Below, piece by piece: positions 30,001 through 45,000 of a DNA stretch of 64,000 nucleotides. How positions within the stretch are numbered: position 1 is the first letter of the stretch; each line of letters opens with the position of its first letter. The notes below the pieces were generated by a model. That model made no database searches. It worked only from the letters and a program-made list of their open reading frames with translations, and was not told where the DNA came from. The translations under genes were made by a program, and so were the position numbers. Source of the stretch: Schmidtea nova (lineage: Eukaryota); assembly GCA_044892505.1 (NCBI GenBank), contig CM097884.1:91264001-91328000 (forward strand), read 5' to 3'.

Positions 30001-33000
30001 CACCAAAAGAAACCAAACAGAATCACAGCAGCCGGTTTGAAAGTAGTCAATGTCAATCCAGGCGACAAATTGAGCAAATACTTCAAGTCAGTTACAATTG
30101 TAATTACGAAACAAAAGTTCACAAGAGGTGGCAAACGAAAGACTGTCAAGAAAACGATTAAAGTCCCATTGAAAACAATTGTTGACGATTTGAAAAACGT
30201 TTTGAGAAAACCACATCATTATGTGAAGAAAGTGACAATCAAATTTGAAGTGACGAAAGTTGTTAAAGTGAAATTGGTTGTGAAAGGCTGTGTTGACAAA
30301 GTACCGACGCCACCAACATTGCGTCCAACAACTAAATCTACTCCAACTAGACCAGGAGCTACAACAACTACAACTAGACGAACAACGACTCTGAAACCAT
30401 GTGCCGTGAAACTCGTCATCAAAGATAAGCAATTGACAGGAATTACAGTGACACCAAAGATTTCCAAGAGTGATGTTAAAAAGTTGAGACCTGATTGGAA
30501 ACATCCAAAACAAGGTGTTGAGTTCAAACGTGGAAAACACACAATTGTTGTCAAGATCGTCAAAGGCACTCACCAAAAGAAACCAAACAGAATCACAGCA
30601 GCCGGTTTGAAAGTAGTCAATGTCAATCCAGGCGACAAATTGAGCAAATACTTCAAGTCAGTTACAATTGTAATTACGAAACAAAAGTTCACAAGAGGTG
30701 GCAAACGAAAGACTGTCAAGAAAACGATTAAAGTCCCATTGAAAACAATTGTTGACGATTTGAAAAATGTTTTGAGAAAACCACATCATTATGTGAAGAA
30801 AGTGACAATCAAATTTGAAGTGACGAAAGTTGTTAAAGTGAAATTGGTTGTGAAAGGCTGTGTTGACAAAGTACCGACGCCACCAACATTGCGTCCAACA
30901 ACTAAATCTACTCCAACTAGACCAGGAGCTACAACAACTACAACTAGACGAACAACGACTCTGAAACCATGTGCCGTGAAACTCGTCATCAAAGATAAGC
31001 AATTGACAGGAATTACAGTGACACCAAAGATTTCCAAGAGTGATGTTAAAAAGTTGAGACCTGATTGGAAACATCCAAAACAAGGTGTTGAGTTCAAACG
31101 TGGAAAACACACAATTGTTGTCAAGATCGTCAAAGGCACTCACCAAAAGAAACCAAACAGAATCACAGCAGCCGGTTTGAAAGTAGTCAATGTCAATCCA
31201 GGCGACAAATTGAGCAAATACTTCAAGTCAGTTACAATTGTAATTACGAAACAAAAGTTCACAAGAGGTGGCAAACGAAAGACTGTCAAGAAAACGATTA
31301 AAGTCCCATTGAAAACAATTGTTGACGATTTGAAAAACGTTTTGAGAAAACCACATCATTATGTGAAGAAAGTGACAATCAAATTTGAAGTGACGAAAGT
31401 TGTTAAAGTGAAATTGGTTGTGAAAGGCTGTGTTGACAAAGTACCGACGCCACCAACATTGCGTCCAACAACTAAATCTACTCCAACTAGACCAGGAGCT
31501 ACAACAACTACAACTAGACGAACAACGACTCTGAAACCATGTGCCGTGAAACTCGTCATCAAAGATAAGCAATTGACAGGAATTACAGTGACACCAAAGA
31601 TTTCCAAGAGTGATGTTAAAAAGTTGAGACCTGATTGGAAACATCCAAAACAAGGTGTTGAGTTCAAACGTGGAAAACACACAATTGTTGTCAAGATCGT
31701 CAAAGGCACTCACCAAAAGAAACCAAACAGAATCACAGCAGCCGGTTTGAAAGTAGTCAATGTCAATCCAGGCGACAAATTGAGCAAATACTTCAAGTCA
31801 GTTACAATTGTAATTACGAAACAAAAGTTCACAAGAGGTGGCAAACGAAAGACTGTCAAGAAAACGATTAAAGTCCCATTGAAAACAATTGTTGACGATT
31901 TGAAAAACGTTTTGAGAAAACCACATCATTATGTGAAGAAAGTGACAATCAAATTTGAAGTGACGAAAGTTGTTAAAGTGAAATTGGTTGTGAAAGGCTG
32001 TGTGGACAAAGTACCGACGCCACCAACATTGCGTCCAACAACTAAATCTACTCCAACTAGACCAGGAGCTACAACAACTACAACTAGACGAACAACGACT
32101 CTGAAACCATGTGCCGTGAAACTCGTCATCAAAGATAAGCAATTGACAGGAATTACAGTGACACCAAAGATTTCCAAGAGTGATGTTAAAAAGTTGAGAC
32201 CTGATTGGAAACATCCAAAACAAGGTGTTGAGTTCAAACGTGGAAAACACACAATTGTTGTCAAGATCGTCAAAGGCACTCACCAAAAGAAACCAAACAG
32301 AATCACAGCAGCCGGTTTGAAAGTAGTCAATGTCAATCCAGGCGACAAATTGAGCAAATACTTCAAGTCAGTTACAATTGTAATTACGAAACAAAAGTTC
32401 ACAAGAGGTGGCAAACGAAAGACTGTCAAGAAAACGATTAAAGTCCCATTGAAAACAATTGTTGACGATTTGAAAAACGTTTTGAGAAAACCACATCATT
32501 ATGTGAAGAAAGTGACAATCAAATTTGAAGTGACGAAAGTTGTTAAAGTGAAATTGGTTGTGAAAGGCTGTGTTGACAAAGTACCGACGCCACCAACATT
32601 GCGTCCAACAACTAAATCTACTCCAACTAGACCAGGAGCTACAACAACTACAACTAGACGAACAACGACTCTGAAACCATGTGCCGTGAAACTCGTCATC
32701 AAAGATAAGCAATTGACAGGAATTACAGTGACACCAAAGATTTCCAAGAGTGATGTTAAAAAGTTGAGACCTGATTGGAAACATCCAAAACAAGGTGTTG
32801 AGTTCAAACGTGGAAAACACACAATTGTTGTCAAGATCGTCAAAGGCACTCACCAAAAGAAACCAAACAGAATCACAGCAGCCGGTTTGAAAGTAGTCAA
32901 TGTCAATCCAGGCGACAAATTGAGCAAATACTTCAAGTCAGTTACAATTGTAATTACGAAACAAAAGTTCACAAGAGGTGGCAAACGAAAGACTGTCAAG

Positions 33001-36000
33001 AAAACGATTAAAGTCCCATTGAAAACAATTGTTGACGATTTGAAAAACGTTTTGAGAAAACCACATCATTATGTGAAGAAAGTGACAATCAAATTTGAAG
33101 TGACGAAAGTTGTTAAAGTGAAATTGGTTGTGAAAGGCTGTGTTGACAAAGTACCGACGCCACCAACATTGCGTCCAACAACTAAATCTACTCCAACTAG
33201 ACCAGGAGCTACAACAACTACAACTAGACGAACAACGACTCTGAAACCATGTGCCGTGAAACTCGTCATCAAAGATAAGCAATTGACAGGAATTACAGTG
33301 ACACCAAAGATTTCCAAGAGTGATGTTAAAAAGTTGAGACCTGATTGGAAACATCCAAAACAAGGTGTTGAGTTCAAACGTGGAAAACACACAATTGTTG
33401 TCAAGATCGTCAAAGGCACTCACCAAAAGAAACCAAACAGAATCACAGCAGCCGGTTTGAAAGTAGTCAATGTCAATCCAGGCGACAAATTGAGCAAATA
33501 CTTCAAGTCAGTTACAATTGTAATTACGAAACAAAAGTTCACAAGAGGTGGCAAACGAAAGACTGTCAAGAAAACGATTAAAGTCCCATTGAAAACAATT
33601 GTTGACGATTTGAAAAACGTTTTGAGAAAACCACATCATTATGTGAAGAAAGTGACAATCAAATTTGAAGTGACGAAAGTTGTTAAAGTGAAATTGGTTT
33701 TGAAAGGCTGTGTTGACAAAGTACCGACGCCACCAACATTGCGTCCAACAACTAAATCTACTCCAACTAGACCAGGAGCTACAACAACTACAACTAGACG
33801 AACAACGACTCTGAAACCATGTGCCGTGAAACTCGTCATCAAAGATAAGCAATTGACAGGAATTACAGTGACACCAAAGATTTCCAAGAGTGATGTTAAA
33901 AAGTTGAGACCTGATTGGAAACATCCAAAACAAGGTGTTGAGTTCAAACGTGGAAAACACGCAATTGTTGTCAAGATCGTCAAAGGCACTCACCAAAAGA
34001 AACCAAACAGAATCACAGCAGCCGGTTTGAAAGTAGTCAATGTCAATCCAGGCGACAAATTGAGCAAATACTTCAAGTCAGTTACAATTGTAATTACGAA
34101 ACAAAAGTTCACAAGAGGTGGCAAACGAAAGACTGTCAAGAAAACGATTAAAGTCCCATTGAAAACAATTGTTGACGATTTGAAAAACGTTTTGAGAAAA
34201 CCACATCATTATGTGAAGAAAGTGACAATCAAATTTGAAGTGACGAAAGTTGTTAAAGTGAAATTGGTTGTGAAAGGCTGTGTTGACAAAGTACCGACGC
34301 CACCAACATTGCGTCCAACAACTAAATCTACTCCAACTAGACCAGGAGCTACAACAACTACAACTAGACGAACAACGACTCTGAAACCATGTGCCGTGAA
34401 ACTCGTCATCAAAGATAAGCAATTGACAGGAATTACAGTGACACCAAAGATTTCCAAGAGTGATGTTAAAAAGTTGAGACCTGATTGGAAACATCCAAAA
34501 CAAGGTGTTGAGTTCAAACGTGGAAAACACACAATTGTTGTCAAGATCGTCAAAGGCACTCACCAAAAGAAACCAAACAGAATCACAGCAGCCGGTTTGA
34601 AAGTAGTCAATGTCAATCCAGGCGACAAATTGAGCAAATACTTCAAGTCAGTTACAATTGTAATTACGAAACAAAAGTTCACAAGAGGTGGCAAACGAAA
34701 GACTGTCAAGAAAACGATTAAAGTCCCATTGAAAACAATTGTTGACGATTTGAAAAACGTTTTGAGAAAACCACATCATTATGTGAAGAAAGTGACAATC
34801 AAATTTGAAGTGACGAAAGTTGTTAAAGTGAAATTGGTTGTGAAAGGCTGTGTTGACAAAGTACCGACGCCACCAACATTGCGTCCAACAACTAAATCTA
34901 CTCCAACTAGACCAGGAGCTACAACAACTACAACTAGACGAACAACGACTCTGAAACCATGTGCCGTGAAACTCGTCATCAAAGATAAGCAATTGACAGG
35001 AATTACAGTGACACCAAAGATTTCCAAGAGTGATGTTAAAAAGTTGAGACCTGATTGGAAACATCCAAAACAAGGTGTTGAGTTCAAACGTGGAAAACAC
35101 ACAATTGTTGTCAAGATCGTCAAAGGCACTCACCAAAAGAAACCAAACAGAATCACAGCAGCCGGTTTGAAAGTAGTCAATGTCAATCCAGGCGACAAAT
35201 TGAGCAAATACTTCAAGTCAGTTACAATTGTAATTACGAAACAAAAGTTCACAAGAGGTGGCAAACGAAAGACTGTCAAGAAAACGATTAAAGTCCCATT
35301 GAAAACAATTGTTGACGATTTGAAAAACGTTTTGAGAAAACCACATCATTATGTGAAGAAAGTGACAATCAAATTTGAAGTGACGAAAGTTGTTAAAGTG
35401 AAATTGGTTGTGAAAGGCTGTGTTGACAAAGTACCGACGCCACCAACATTGCGTCCAACAACTAAATCTACTCCAACTAGACCAGGAGCTACAACAACTA
35501 CAACTAGACGAACAACGACTCTGAAACCATGTGCCGTGAAACTCGTCATCAAAGATAAGCAATTGACAGGAATTACAGTGACACCAAAGATTTCCAAGAG
35601 TGATGTTAAAAAGTTGAGACCTGATTGGAAACATCCAAAACAAGGTGTTGAGTTCAAACGTGGAAAACACACAATTGTTGTCAAGATCGTCAAAGGCACT
35701 CACCAAAAGAAACCAAACAGAATCACAGCAGCCGGTTTGAAAGTAGTCAATGTCAATCCAGGCGACAAATTGAGCAAATACTTCAAGTCAGTTACAATTG
35801 TAATTACGAAACAAAAGTTCACAAGAGGTGGCAAACGAAAGACTGTCAAGAAAACGATTAAAGTCCCATTGAAAACAATTGTTGACGATTTGAAAAACGT
35901 TTTGAGAAAACCACATCATTATGTGAAGAAAGTGACAATCAAATTTGAAGTGACGAAAGTTGTTAAAGTGAAATTGGTTGTGAAAGGCTGTGTTGACAAA

Positions 36001-39000
36001 GTACCGACGCCACCAACATTGCGTCCAACAACTAAATCTACTCCAACTAGACCAGGAGCTACAACAACTACAACTAGACGAACAACGACTCTGAAACCAT
36101 GTGCCGTGAAACTCGTCATCAAAGATAAGCAATTGACAGGAATTACAGTGACACCAAAGATTTCCAAGAGTGATGTTAAAAAGTTGAGACCTGATTGGAA
36201 ACATCCAAAACAAGGTGTTGAGTTCAAACGTGGAAAACACACAATTGTTGTCAAGATCGTCAAAGGCACTCACCAAAAGAAACCAAACAGAATCACAGCA
36301 GCCGGTTTGAAAGTAGTCAATGTCAATCCAGGTGACAAATTGAGCAAATACTTCAAGTCAGTTACAATTGTAATTACGAAACAAAAGTTCACAAGAGGTG
36401 GCAAACGAAAGACTGTCAAGAAAACGATTAAAGTCCCATTGAAAACAATTGTTGACGATTTGAAAAACGTTTTGAGAAAACCACATCATTATGTGAAGAA
36501 AGTGACAATCAAATTTGAAGTGACGAAAGTTGTTAAAGTGAAATTGGTTGTGAAAGGCTGTGTTGACAAAGTACCGACGCCACCAACATTGCGTCCAACA
36601 ACTAAATCTACTCCAACTAGACCAGGAGCTACAACAACTACAACTAGACGAACAACGACTCTGAAACCATGTGCCGTGAAACTCGTCATCAAAGATAAGC
36701 AATTGACAGGAATTACAGTGACACCAAAGATTTCCAAGAGTGATGTTAAAAAGTTGAGACCTGATTGGAAACATCCAAAACAAGGTGTTGAGTTCAAACG
36801 TGGAAAACACACAATTGTTGTCAAGATCGTCAAAGGCACTCACCAAAAGAAACCAAACAGAATCACAGCAGCCGGTTTGAAAGTAGTCAATGTCAATCCA
36901 GGTGACAAATTGAGCAAATACTTCAAGTCAGTTACAATTGTAATTACGAAACAAAAGTTCACAAGAGGTGGCAAACGAAAGACTGTCAAGAAAACGATTA
37001 AAGTCCCATTGAAAACAATTGTTGACGATTTGAAAAACGTTTTGAGAAAACCACATCATTATGTGAAGAAAGTGACAATCAAATTTGAAGTGACGAAAGT
37101 TGTTAAAGTGAAATTGGTTGTGAAAGGCTGTGTTGACAAAGTACCGACGCCACCAACATTGCGTCCAACAACTAAATCTACTCCAACTAGACCAGGAGCT
37201 ACAACAACTACAACTAGACGAACAACGACTCTGAAACCATGTGCCGTGAAACTCGTCATCAAAGATAAGCAATTGACAGGAATTACAGTGACACCAAAGA
37301 TTTCCAAGAGTGATGTTAAAAAGTTGAGACCTGATTGGAAACATCCAAAACAAGGTGTTGAGTTCAAACGTGGAAAACACACAATTGTTGTCAAGATCGT
37401 CAAAGGCACTCACCAAAAGAAACCAAACAGAATCACAGCAGCCGGTTTGAAAGTAGTCAATGTCAATCCAGGTGACAAATTGAGCAAATACTTCAAGTCA
37501 GTTACAATTGTAATTACGAAACAAAAGTTCACAAGAGGTGGCAAACGAAAGACTGTCAAGAAAACGATTAAAGTCCCATTGAAAACAATTGTTGACGATT
37601 TGAAAAACGTTTTGAGAAAACCACATCATTATGTGAAGAAAGTGACAATCAAATTTGAAGTGACGAAAGTTGTTAAAGTGAAATTGGTTGTGAAAGGCTG
37701 TGTTGACAAAGTACCGACGCCACCAACATTGCGTCCAACAACTAAATCTACTCCAACTAGACCAGGAGCTACAACAACTACAACTAGACGAACAACGACT
37801 CTGAAACCATGTGCCGTGAAACTCGTCATCAAAGATAAGCAATTGACAGGAATTACAGTGACACCAAAGATTTCCAAGAGTGATGTTAAAAAGTTGAGAC
37901 CTGATTGGAAACATCCAAAACAAGGTGTTGAGTTCAAACGTGGAAAACACACAATTGTTGTCAAGATCGTCAAAGGCACTCACCAAAAGAAACCAAACAG
38001 AATCACAGCAGCCGGTTTGAAAGTAGTCAATGTCAATCCAGGCGACAAATTGAGCAAATACTTCAAGTCAGTTACAATTGTAATTACGAAACAAAAGTTC
38101 ACAAGAGGTGGCAAACGAAAGACTGTCAAGAAAACGATTAAAGTCCCATTGAAAACAATTGTTGACGATTTGAAAAACGTTTTGAGAAAACCACATCATT
38201 ATGTGAAGAAAGTGACAATCAAATTTGAAGTGACGAAAGTTGTTAAAGTGAAATTGGTTGTGAAAGGCTGTGTTGACAAAGTACCGACGCCACCAACATT
38301 GCGTCCAACAACTAAATCTACTCCAACTAGACCAGGAGCTACAACAACTACAACTAGACGAACAACGACTCTGAAACCATGTGCCGTGAAACTCGTCATC
38401 AAAGATAAGCAATTGACAGGAATTACAGTGACACCAAAGATTTCCAAGAGTGATGTTAAAAAGTTGAGACCTGATTGGAAACATCCAAAACAAGGTGTTG
38501 AGTTCAAACGTGGAAAACACACAATTGTTGTCAAGATCGTCAAAGGCACTCACCAAAAGAAACCAAACAGAATCACAGCAGCCGGTTTGAAAGTAGTCAA
38601 TGTCAATCCAGGCGACAAATTGAGCAAATACTTCAAGTCAGTTACAATTGTAATTACGAAACAAAAGTTCACAAGAGGTGGCAAACGAAAGACTGTCAAG
38701 AAAACGATTAAAGTCCCATTGAAAACAATTGTTGACGATTTGAAAAACGTTTTGAGAAAACCACATCATTATGTGAAGAAAGTGACAATCAAATTTGAAG
38801 TGACGAAAGTTGTTAAAGTGAAATTGGTTGTGAAAGGCTGTGTTGACAAAGTACCGACGCCACCAACATTGCGTCCAACAACTAAATCTACTCCAACTAG
38901 ACCAGGAGCTACAACAACTCCAACTAGACGAACAACGACTCTGAAACCATGTGCCGTGAAACTCGTCATCAAAGATAAGCAATTGACAGGAATTACAGTG

Positions 39001-42000
39001 ACACCAAAGATTTCCAAGAGTGATGTTAAAAAGTTGAGACCTGATTGGAAACATCCAAAACAAGGTGTTGAGTTCAAACGTGGAAAACACACAATTGTTG
39101 TCAAGATCGTCAAAGGCACTCACCAAAAGAAACCAAACAGAATCACAGCAGCCGGTTTGAAAGTAGTCAATGTCAATCCAGGTGACAAATTGAGCAAATA
39201 CTTCAAGTCAGTTACAATTGTAATTACGAAACAAAAGTTCACAAGAGGTGGCAAACGAAAGACTGTCAAGAAAACGATTAAAGTCCCATTGAAAACAATT
39301 GTTGACGATTTGAAAAACGTTTTGAGAAAACCACATCATTATGTGAAGAAAGTGACAATCAAATTTGAAGTGACGAAAGTTGTTAAAGTGAAATTGGTTG
39401 CGAAAGGCTGTGTTGACAAAGTACCGACGCCACCAACATTGCGTCCAACAACTAAATCTACTCCAACTAGACCAGGAGCTACAACAACTACAACTAGACG
39501 AACAACGACTCTGAAACCATGTGCCGTGAAACTCGTCATCAAAGATAAGCAATTGACAGGAATTACAGTGACACCAAAGATTTCCAAGAGTGATGTTAAA
39601 AAGTTGAGACCTGATTGGAAACATCCAAAACAAGGTGTTGAGTTCAAACGTGGAAAACACACAATTGTTGTCAAGATCGTCAAAGGCACTCACCAAAAGA
39701 AACCAAACAGAATCACAGCAGCCGGTTTGAAAGTAGTCAATGTCAATCCAGGCGACAAATTGAGCAAATACTTCAAGTCAGTTACAATTGTAATTACGAA
39801 ACAAAAGTTCACAAGAGGTGGCAAACGAAAGACTGTCAAGAAAACGATTAAAGTCCCATTGAAAACAATTGTTGACGATTTGAAAAACGTTTTGAGAAAA
39901 CCACATCATTATGTGAAGAAAGTGACAATCAAATTTGAAGTGACGAAAGTTGTTAAAGTGAAATTGGTTGTGAAAGGCTGTGTTGACAAAGTACCGACGC
40001 CACCAACATTGCGTCCAACAACTAAATCTACTCCAACTAGACCAGGAGCTACAACAACTACAACTAGACGAACAACGACTCTGAAACCATGTGCCGTGAA
40101 ACTCGTCATCAAAGATAAGCAATTGACAGGAATTACAGTGACACCAAAGATTTCCAAGAGTGATGTTAAAAAGTTGAGACCTGATTGGAAACATCCAAAA
40201 CAAGGTGTTGAGTTCAAACGTGGAAAACACACAATTGTTGTCAAGATCGTCAAAGGCACTCACCAAAAGAAACCAAACAGAATCACAGCAGCCGGTTTGA
40301 AAGTAGTCAATGTCAATCCAGGCGACAAATTGAGCAAATACTTCAAGTCAGTTACAATTGTAATTACGAAACAAAAGTTCACAAGAGGTGGCAAACGAAA
40401 GACTGTCAAGAAAACGATTAAAGTCCCATTGAAAACAATTGTTGACGATTTGAAAAACGTTTTGAGAAAACCACATCATTATGTGAAGAAAGTGACAATC
40501 AAATTTGAAGTGACGAAAGTTGTTAAAGTGAAATTGGTTGTGAAAGGCTGTGTTGACAAAGTACCGACGCCACCAACATTGCGTCCAACAACTAAATCTA
40601 CTCCAACTAGACCAGGAGCTACAACAACTACAACTAGACGAACAACGACTCTGAAACCATGTGCCGTGAAACTCGTCATCAAAGATAAGCAATTGACAGG
40701 AATTACAGTGACACCAAAGATTTCCAAGAGTGATGTTAAAAAGTTGAGACCTGATTGGAAACATCCAAAACAAGGTGTTGAGTTCAAACGTGGAAAACAC
40801 ACAATTGTTGTCAAGATCGTCAAAGGCACTCACCAAAAGAAACCAAACAGAATCACAGCAGCCGGTTTGAAAGTAGTCAATGTCAATCCAGGCGACAAAT
40901 TGAGCAAATACTTCAAGTCAGTTACAATTGTAATTACGAAACAAAAGTTCACAAGAGGTGGCAAACGAAAGACTGTCAAGAAAACGATTAAAGTCCCATT
41001 GAAAACAATTGTTGACGATTTGAAAAACGTTTTGAGAAAACCACATCATTATGTGAAGAAAGTGACAATCAAATTTGAAGTGACGAAAGTTGTTAAAGTG
41101 AAATTGGTTGTGAAAGGCTGTGTTGACAAAGTACCGACGCCACCAACATTGCGTCCAACAACTAAATCTACTCCAACTAGACCAGGAGCTACAACAACTA
41201 CAACTAGACGAACAACGACTCTGAAACCATGTGCCGTGAAACTCGTCATCAAAGATAAGCAATTGACAGGAATTACAGTGACACCAAAGATTTCCAAGAG
41301 TGATGTTAAAAAGTTGAGACCTGATTGGAAACATCCAAAACAAGGTGTTGAGTTCAAACGTGGAAAACACACAATTGTTGTCAAGATCGTCAAAGGCACT
41401 CACCAAAAGAAACCAAACAGAATCACAGCAGCCGGTTTGAAAGTAGTCAATGTCAATCCAGGCGACAAATTGAGCAAATACTTCAAGTCAGTTACAATTG
41501 TAATTACGAAACAAAAGTTCACAAGAGGTGGCAAACGAAAGACTGTCAAGAAAACGATTAAAGTCCCATTGAAAACAATTGTTGACGATTTGAAAAACGT
41601 TTTGAGAAAACCACATCATTATGTGAAGAAAGTGACAATCAAATTTGAAGTGACGAAAGTTGTTAAAGTGAAATTGGTTGTGAAAGGCTGTGTTGACAAA
41701 GTACCGACGCCACCAACATTGCGTCCAACAACTAAATCTACTCCAACTAGACCAGGAGCTACAACAACTACAACTAGACGAACAACGACTCTGAAACCAT
41801 GTGCCGTGAAACTCGTCATCAAAGATAAGCAATTGACAGGAATTACAGTGACACCAAAGATTTCCAAGAGTGATGTTAAAAAGTTGAGACCTGATTGGAA
41901 ACATCCAAAACAAGGTGTTGAGTTCAAACGTGGAAAACACACAATTGTTGTCAAGATCGTCAAAGGCACTCACCAAAAGAAACCAAACAGAATCACAGCA

Positions 42001-45000
42001 GCCGGTTTGAAAGTAGTCAATGTCAATCCAGGCGACAAATTGAGCAAATACTTCAAGTCAGTTACAATTGTAATTACGAAACAAAAGTTCACAAGAGGTG
42101 GCAAACGAAAGACTGTCAAGAAAACGATTAAAGTCCCATTGAAAACAATTGTTGACGATTTGAAAAACGTTTTGAGAAAACCACATCATTATGTGAAGAA
42201 AGTGACAATCAAATTTGAAGTGACGAAAGTTGTTAAAGTGAAATTGGTTGTGAAAGGCTGTGTTGACAAAGTACCGACGCCACCAACATTGCGTCCAACA
42301 ACTAAATCTACTCCAACTAGACCAGGAGCTACAACAACTACAACTAGACGAACAACGACTCTGAAACCATGTGCCGTGAAACTCGTCATCAAAGATAAGC
42401 AATTGACAGGAATTACAGTGACACCAAAGATTTCCAAGAGTGATGTTAAAAAGTTGAGACCTGATTGGAAACATCCAAAACAAGGTGTTGAGTTCAAACG
42501 TGGAAAACACACAATTGTTGTCAAGATCGTCAAAGGCACTCACCAAAAGAAACCAAACAGAATCACAGCAGCCGGTTTGAAAGTAGTCAATGTCAATCCA
42601 GGCGACAAATTGAGTAAATACTTCAAGTCAGTTACAATTGTAATTACGAAACAAAAGTTCACAAGAGGTGGCAAACGAAAGACTGTCAAGAAAACGATTA
42701 AAGTCCCATTGAAAACAATTGTTGACGATTTGAAAAACGTTTTGAGAAAACCACATCATTATGTGAAGAAAGTGACAATCAAATTTGAAGTGACGAAAGT
42801 TGTTAAAGTGAAATTGGTTGTGAAAGGCTGTGTTGACAAAGTACCGACGCCACCAACATTGCGTCCAACAACTAAATCTACTCCAACTAGACCAGGAGCT
42901 ACAACAACTACAACTAGACGAACAACGACTCTGAAACCATGTGCCGTGAAACTCGTCATCAAAGATAAGCAATTGACAGGAATTACAGTGACACCAAAGA
43001 TTTCCAAGAGTGATGTTAAAAAGTTGAGACCTGATTGGAAACATCCAAAACAAGGTGTTGAGTTCAAACGTGGAAAACACACAATTGTTGTCAAGATCGT
43101 CAAAGGCACTCACCAAAAGAAACCAAACAGAATCACAGCAGCCGGTTTGAAAGTAGTCAATGTCAATCCAGGCGACAAATTGAGCAAATACTTCAAGTCA
43201 GTTACAATTGTAATTACGAAACAAAAGTTCACAAGAGGTGGCAAACGAAAGACTGTCAAGAAAACGATTAAAGTCCCATTGAAAACAATTGTTGACGATT
43301 TGAAAAACGTTTTGAGAAAACCACATCATTATGTGAAGAAAGTGACAATCAAATTTGAAGTGACGAAAGTTGTTAAAGTGAAATTGGTTGTGAAAGGCTG
43401 TGTTGACAAAGTACCGACGCCACCAACATTGCGTCCAACAACTAAATCTACTCCAACTAGATCAGGAGCTACAACAACTACAACTAGACGAACAACGACT
43501 CTGAAACCATGTGCCGTGAAACTCGTCATCAAAGATAAGCAATTGACAGGAATTACAGTGACACCAAAGATTTCCAAGAGTGATGTTAAAAAGTTGAGAC
43601 CTGATTGGAAACATCCAAAACAAGGTGTTGAGTTCAAACGTGGAAAACACACAATTGTTGTCAAGATCGTCAAAGGCACTCACCAAAAGAAACCAAACAG
43701 AATCACAGCAGCCGGTTTGAAAGTAGTCAATGTCAATCCAGGCGACAAATTGAGCAAATACTTCAAGTCAGTTACAATTGTAATTACGAAACAAAAGTTC
43801 ACAAGAGGTGGCAAACGAAAGACTGTCAAGAAAACGATTAAAGTCCCATTGAAAACAATTGTTGACGATTTGAAAAACGTTTTGAGAAAACCACATCATT
43901 ATGTGAAGAAAGTGACAATCAAATTTGAAGTGACGAAAGTTGTTAAAGTGAAATTGGTTGTGAAAGGCTGTGTTGACAAAGTACCGACGCCACCAACATT
44001 GCGTCCAACAACTAAATCTACTCCAACTAGACCAGGAGCTACAACAACTACAACTAGACGAACAACGACTCTGAAACCATGTGCCGTGAAACTCGTCATC
44101 AAAGATAAGCAATTGACAGGAATTACAGTGACACCAAAGATTTCCAAGAGTGATGTTAAAAAGTTGAGACCTGATTGGAAACATCCAAAACAAGGTGTTG
44201 AGTTCAAACGTGGAAAACACACAATTGTTGTCAAGATCGTCAAAGGCACTCACCAAAAGAAACCAAACAGAATCACAGCAGCCGGTTTGAAAGTAGTCAA
44301 TGTCAATCCAGGCGACAAATTGAGCAAATACTTCAAGTCAGTTACAATTGTAATTACGAAACAAAAGTTCACAAGAGGTGGCAAACGAAAGACTGTCAAG
44401 AAAACGATTAAAGTCCCATTGAAAACAATTGTTGACGATTTGAAAAACGTTTTGAGAAAACCACATCATTATGTGAAGAAAGTGACAATCAAATTTGAAG
44501 TGACGAAAGTTGTTAAAGTGAAATTGGTTGTGAAAGGCTGTGTTGACAAAGTACCGACGCCACCAACATTGCGTCCAACAACTAAATCTACTCCAACTAG
44601 ACCAGGAGCTACAACAACTACAACTAGACGAACAACGACTCTGAAACCATGTGCCGTGAAACTCGTCATCAAAGATAAGCAATTGACAGGAATTACAGTG
44701 ACACCAAAGATTTCCAAGAGTGTTGTTAAAAAGTTGAGACCTGATTGGAAACATCCAAAACAAGGTGTTGAGTTCAAACGTGGAAAACACACAATTGTTG
44801 TCAAGATCGTCAAAGGCACTCACCAAAAGAAACCAAACAGAATCACAGCAGCCGGTTTGAAAGTAGTCAATGTCAATCCAGGCGACAAATTGAGCAAATA
44901 CTTCAAGTCAGTTACAATTGTAATTACGAAACAAAAGTTCACAAGAGGTGGCAAACGAAAGACTGTCAAGAAAACGATTAAAGTCCCATTGAAAACAATT

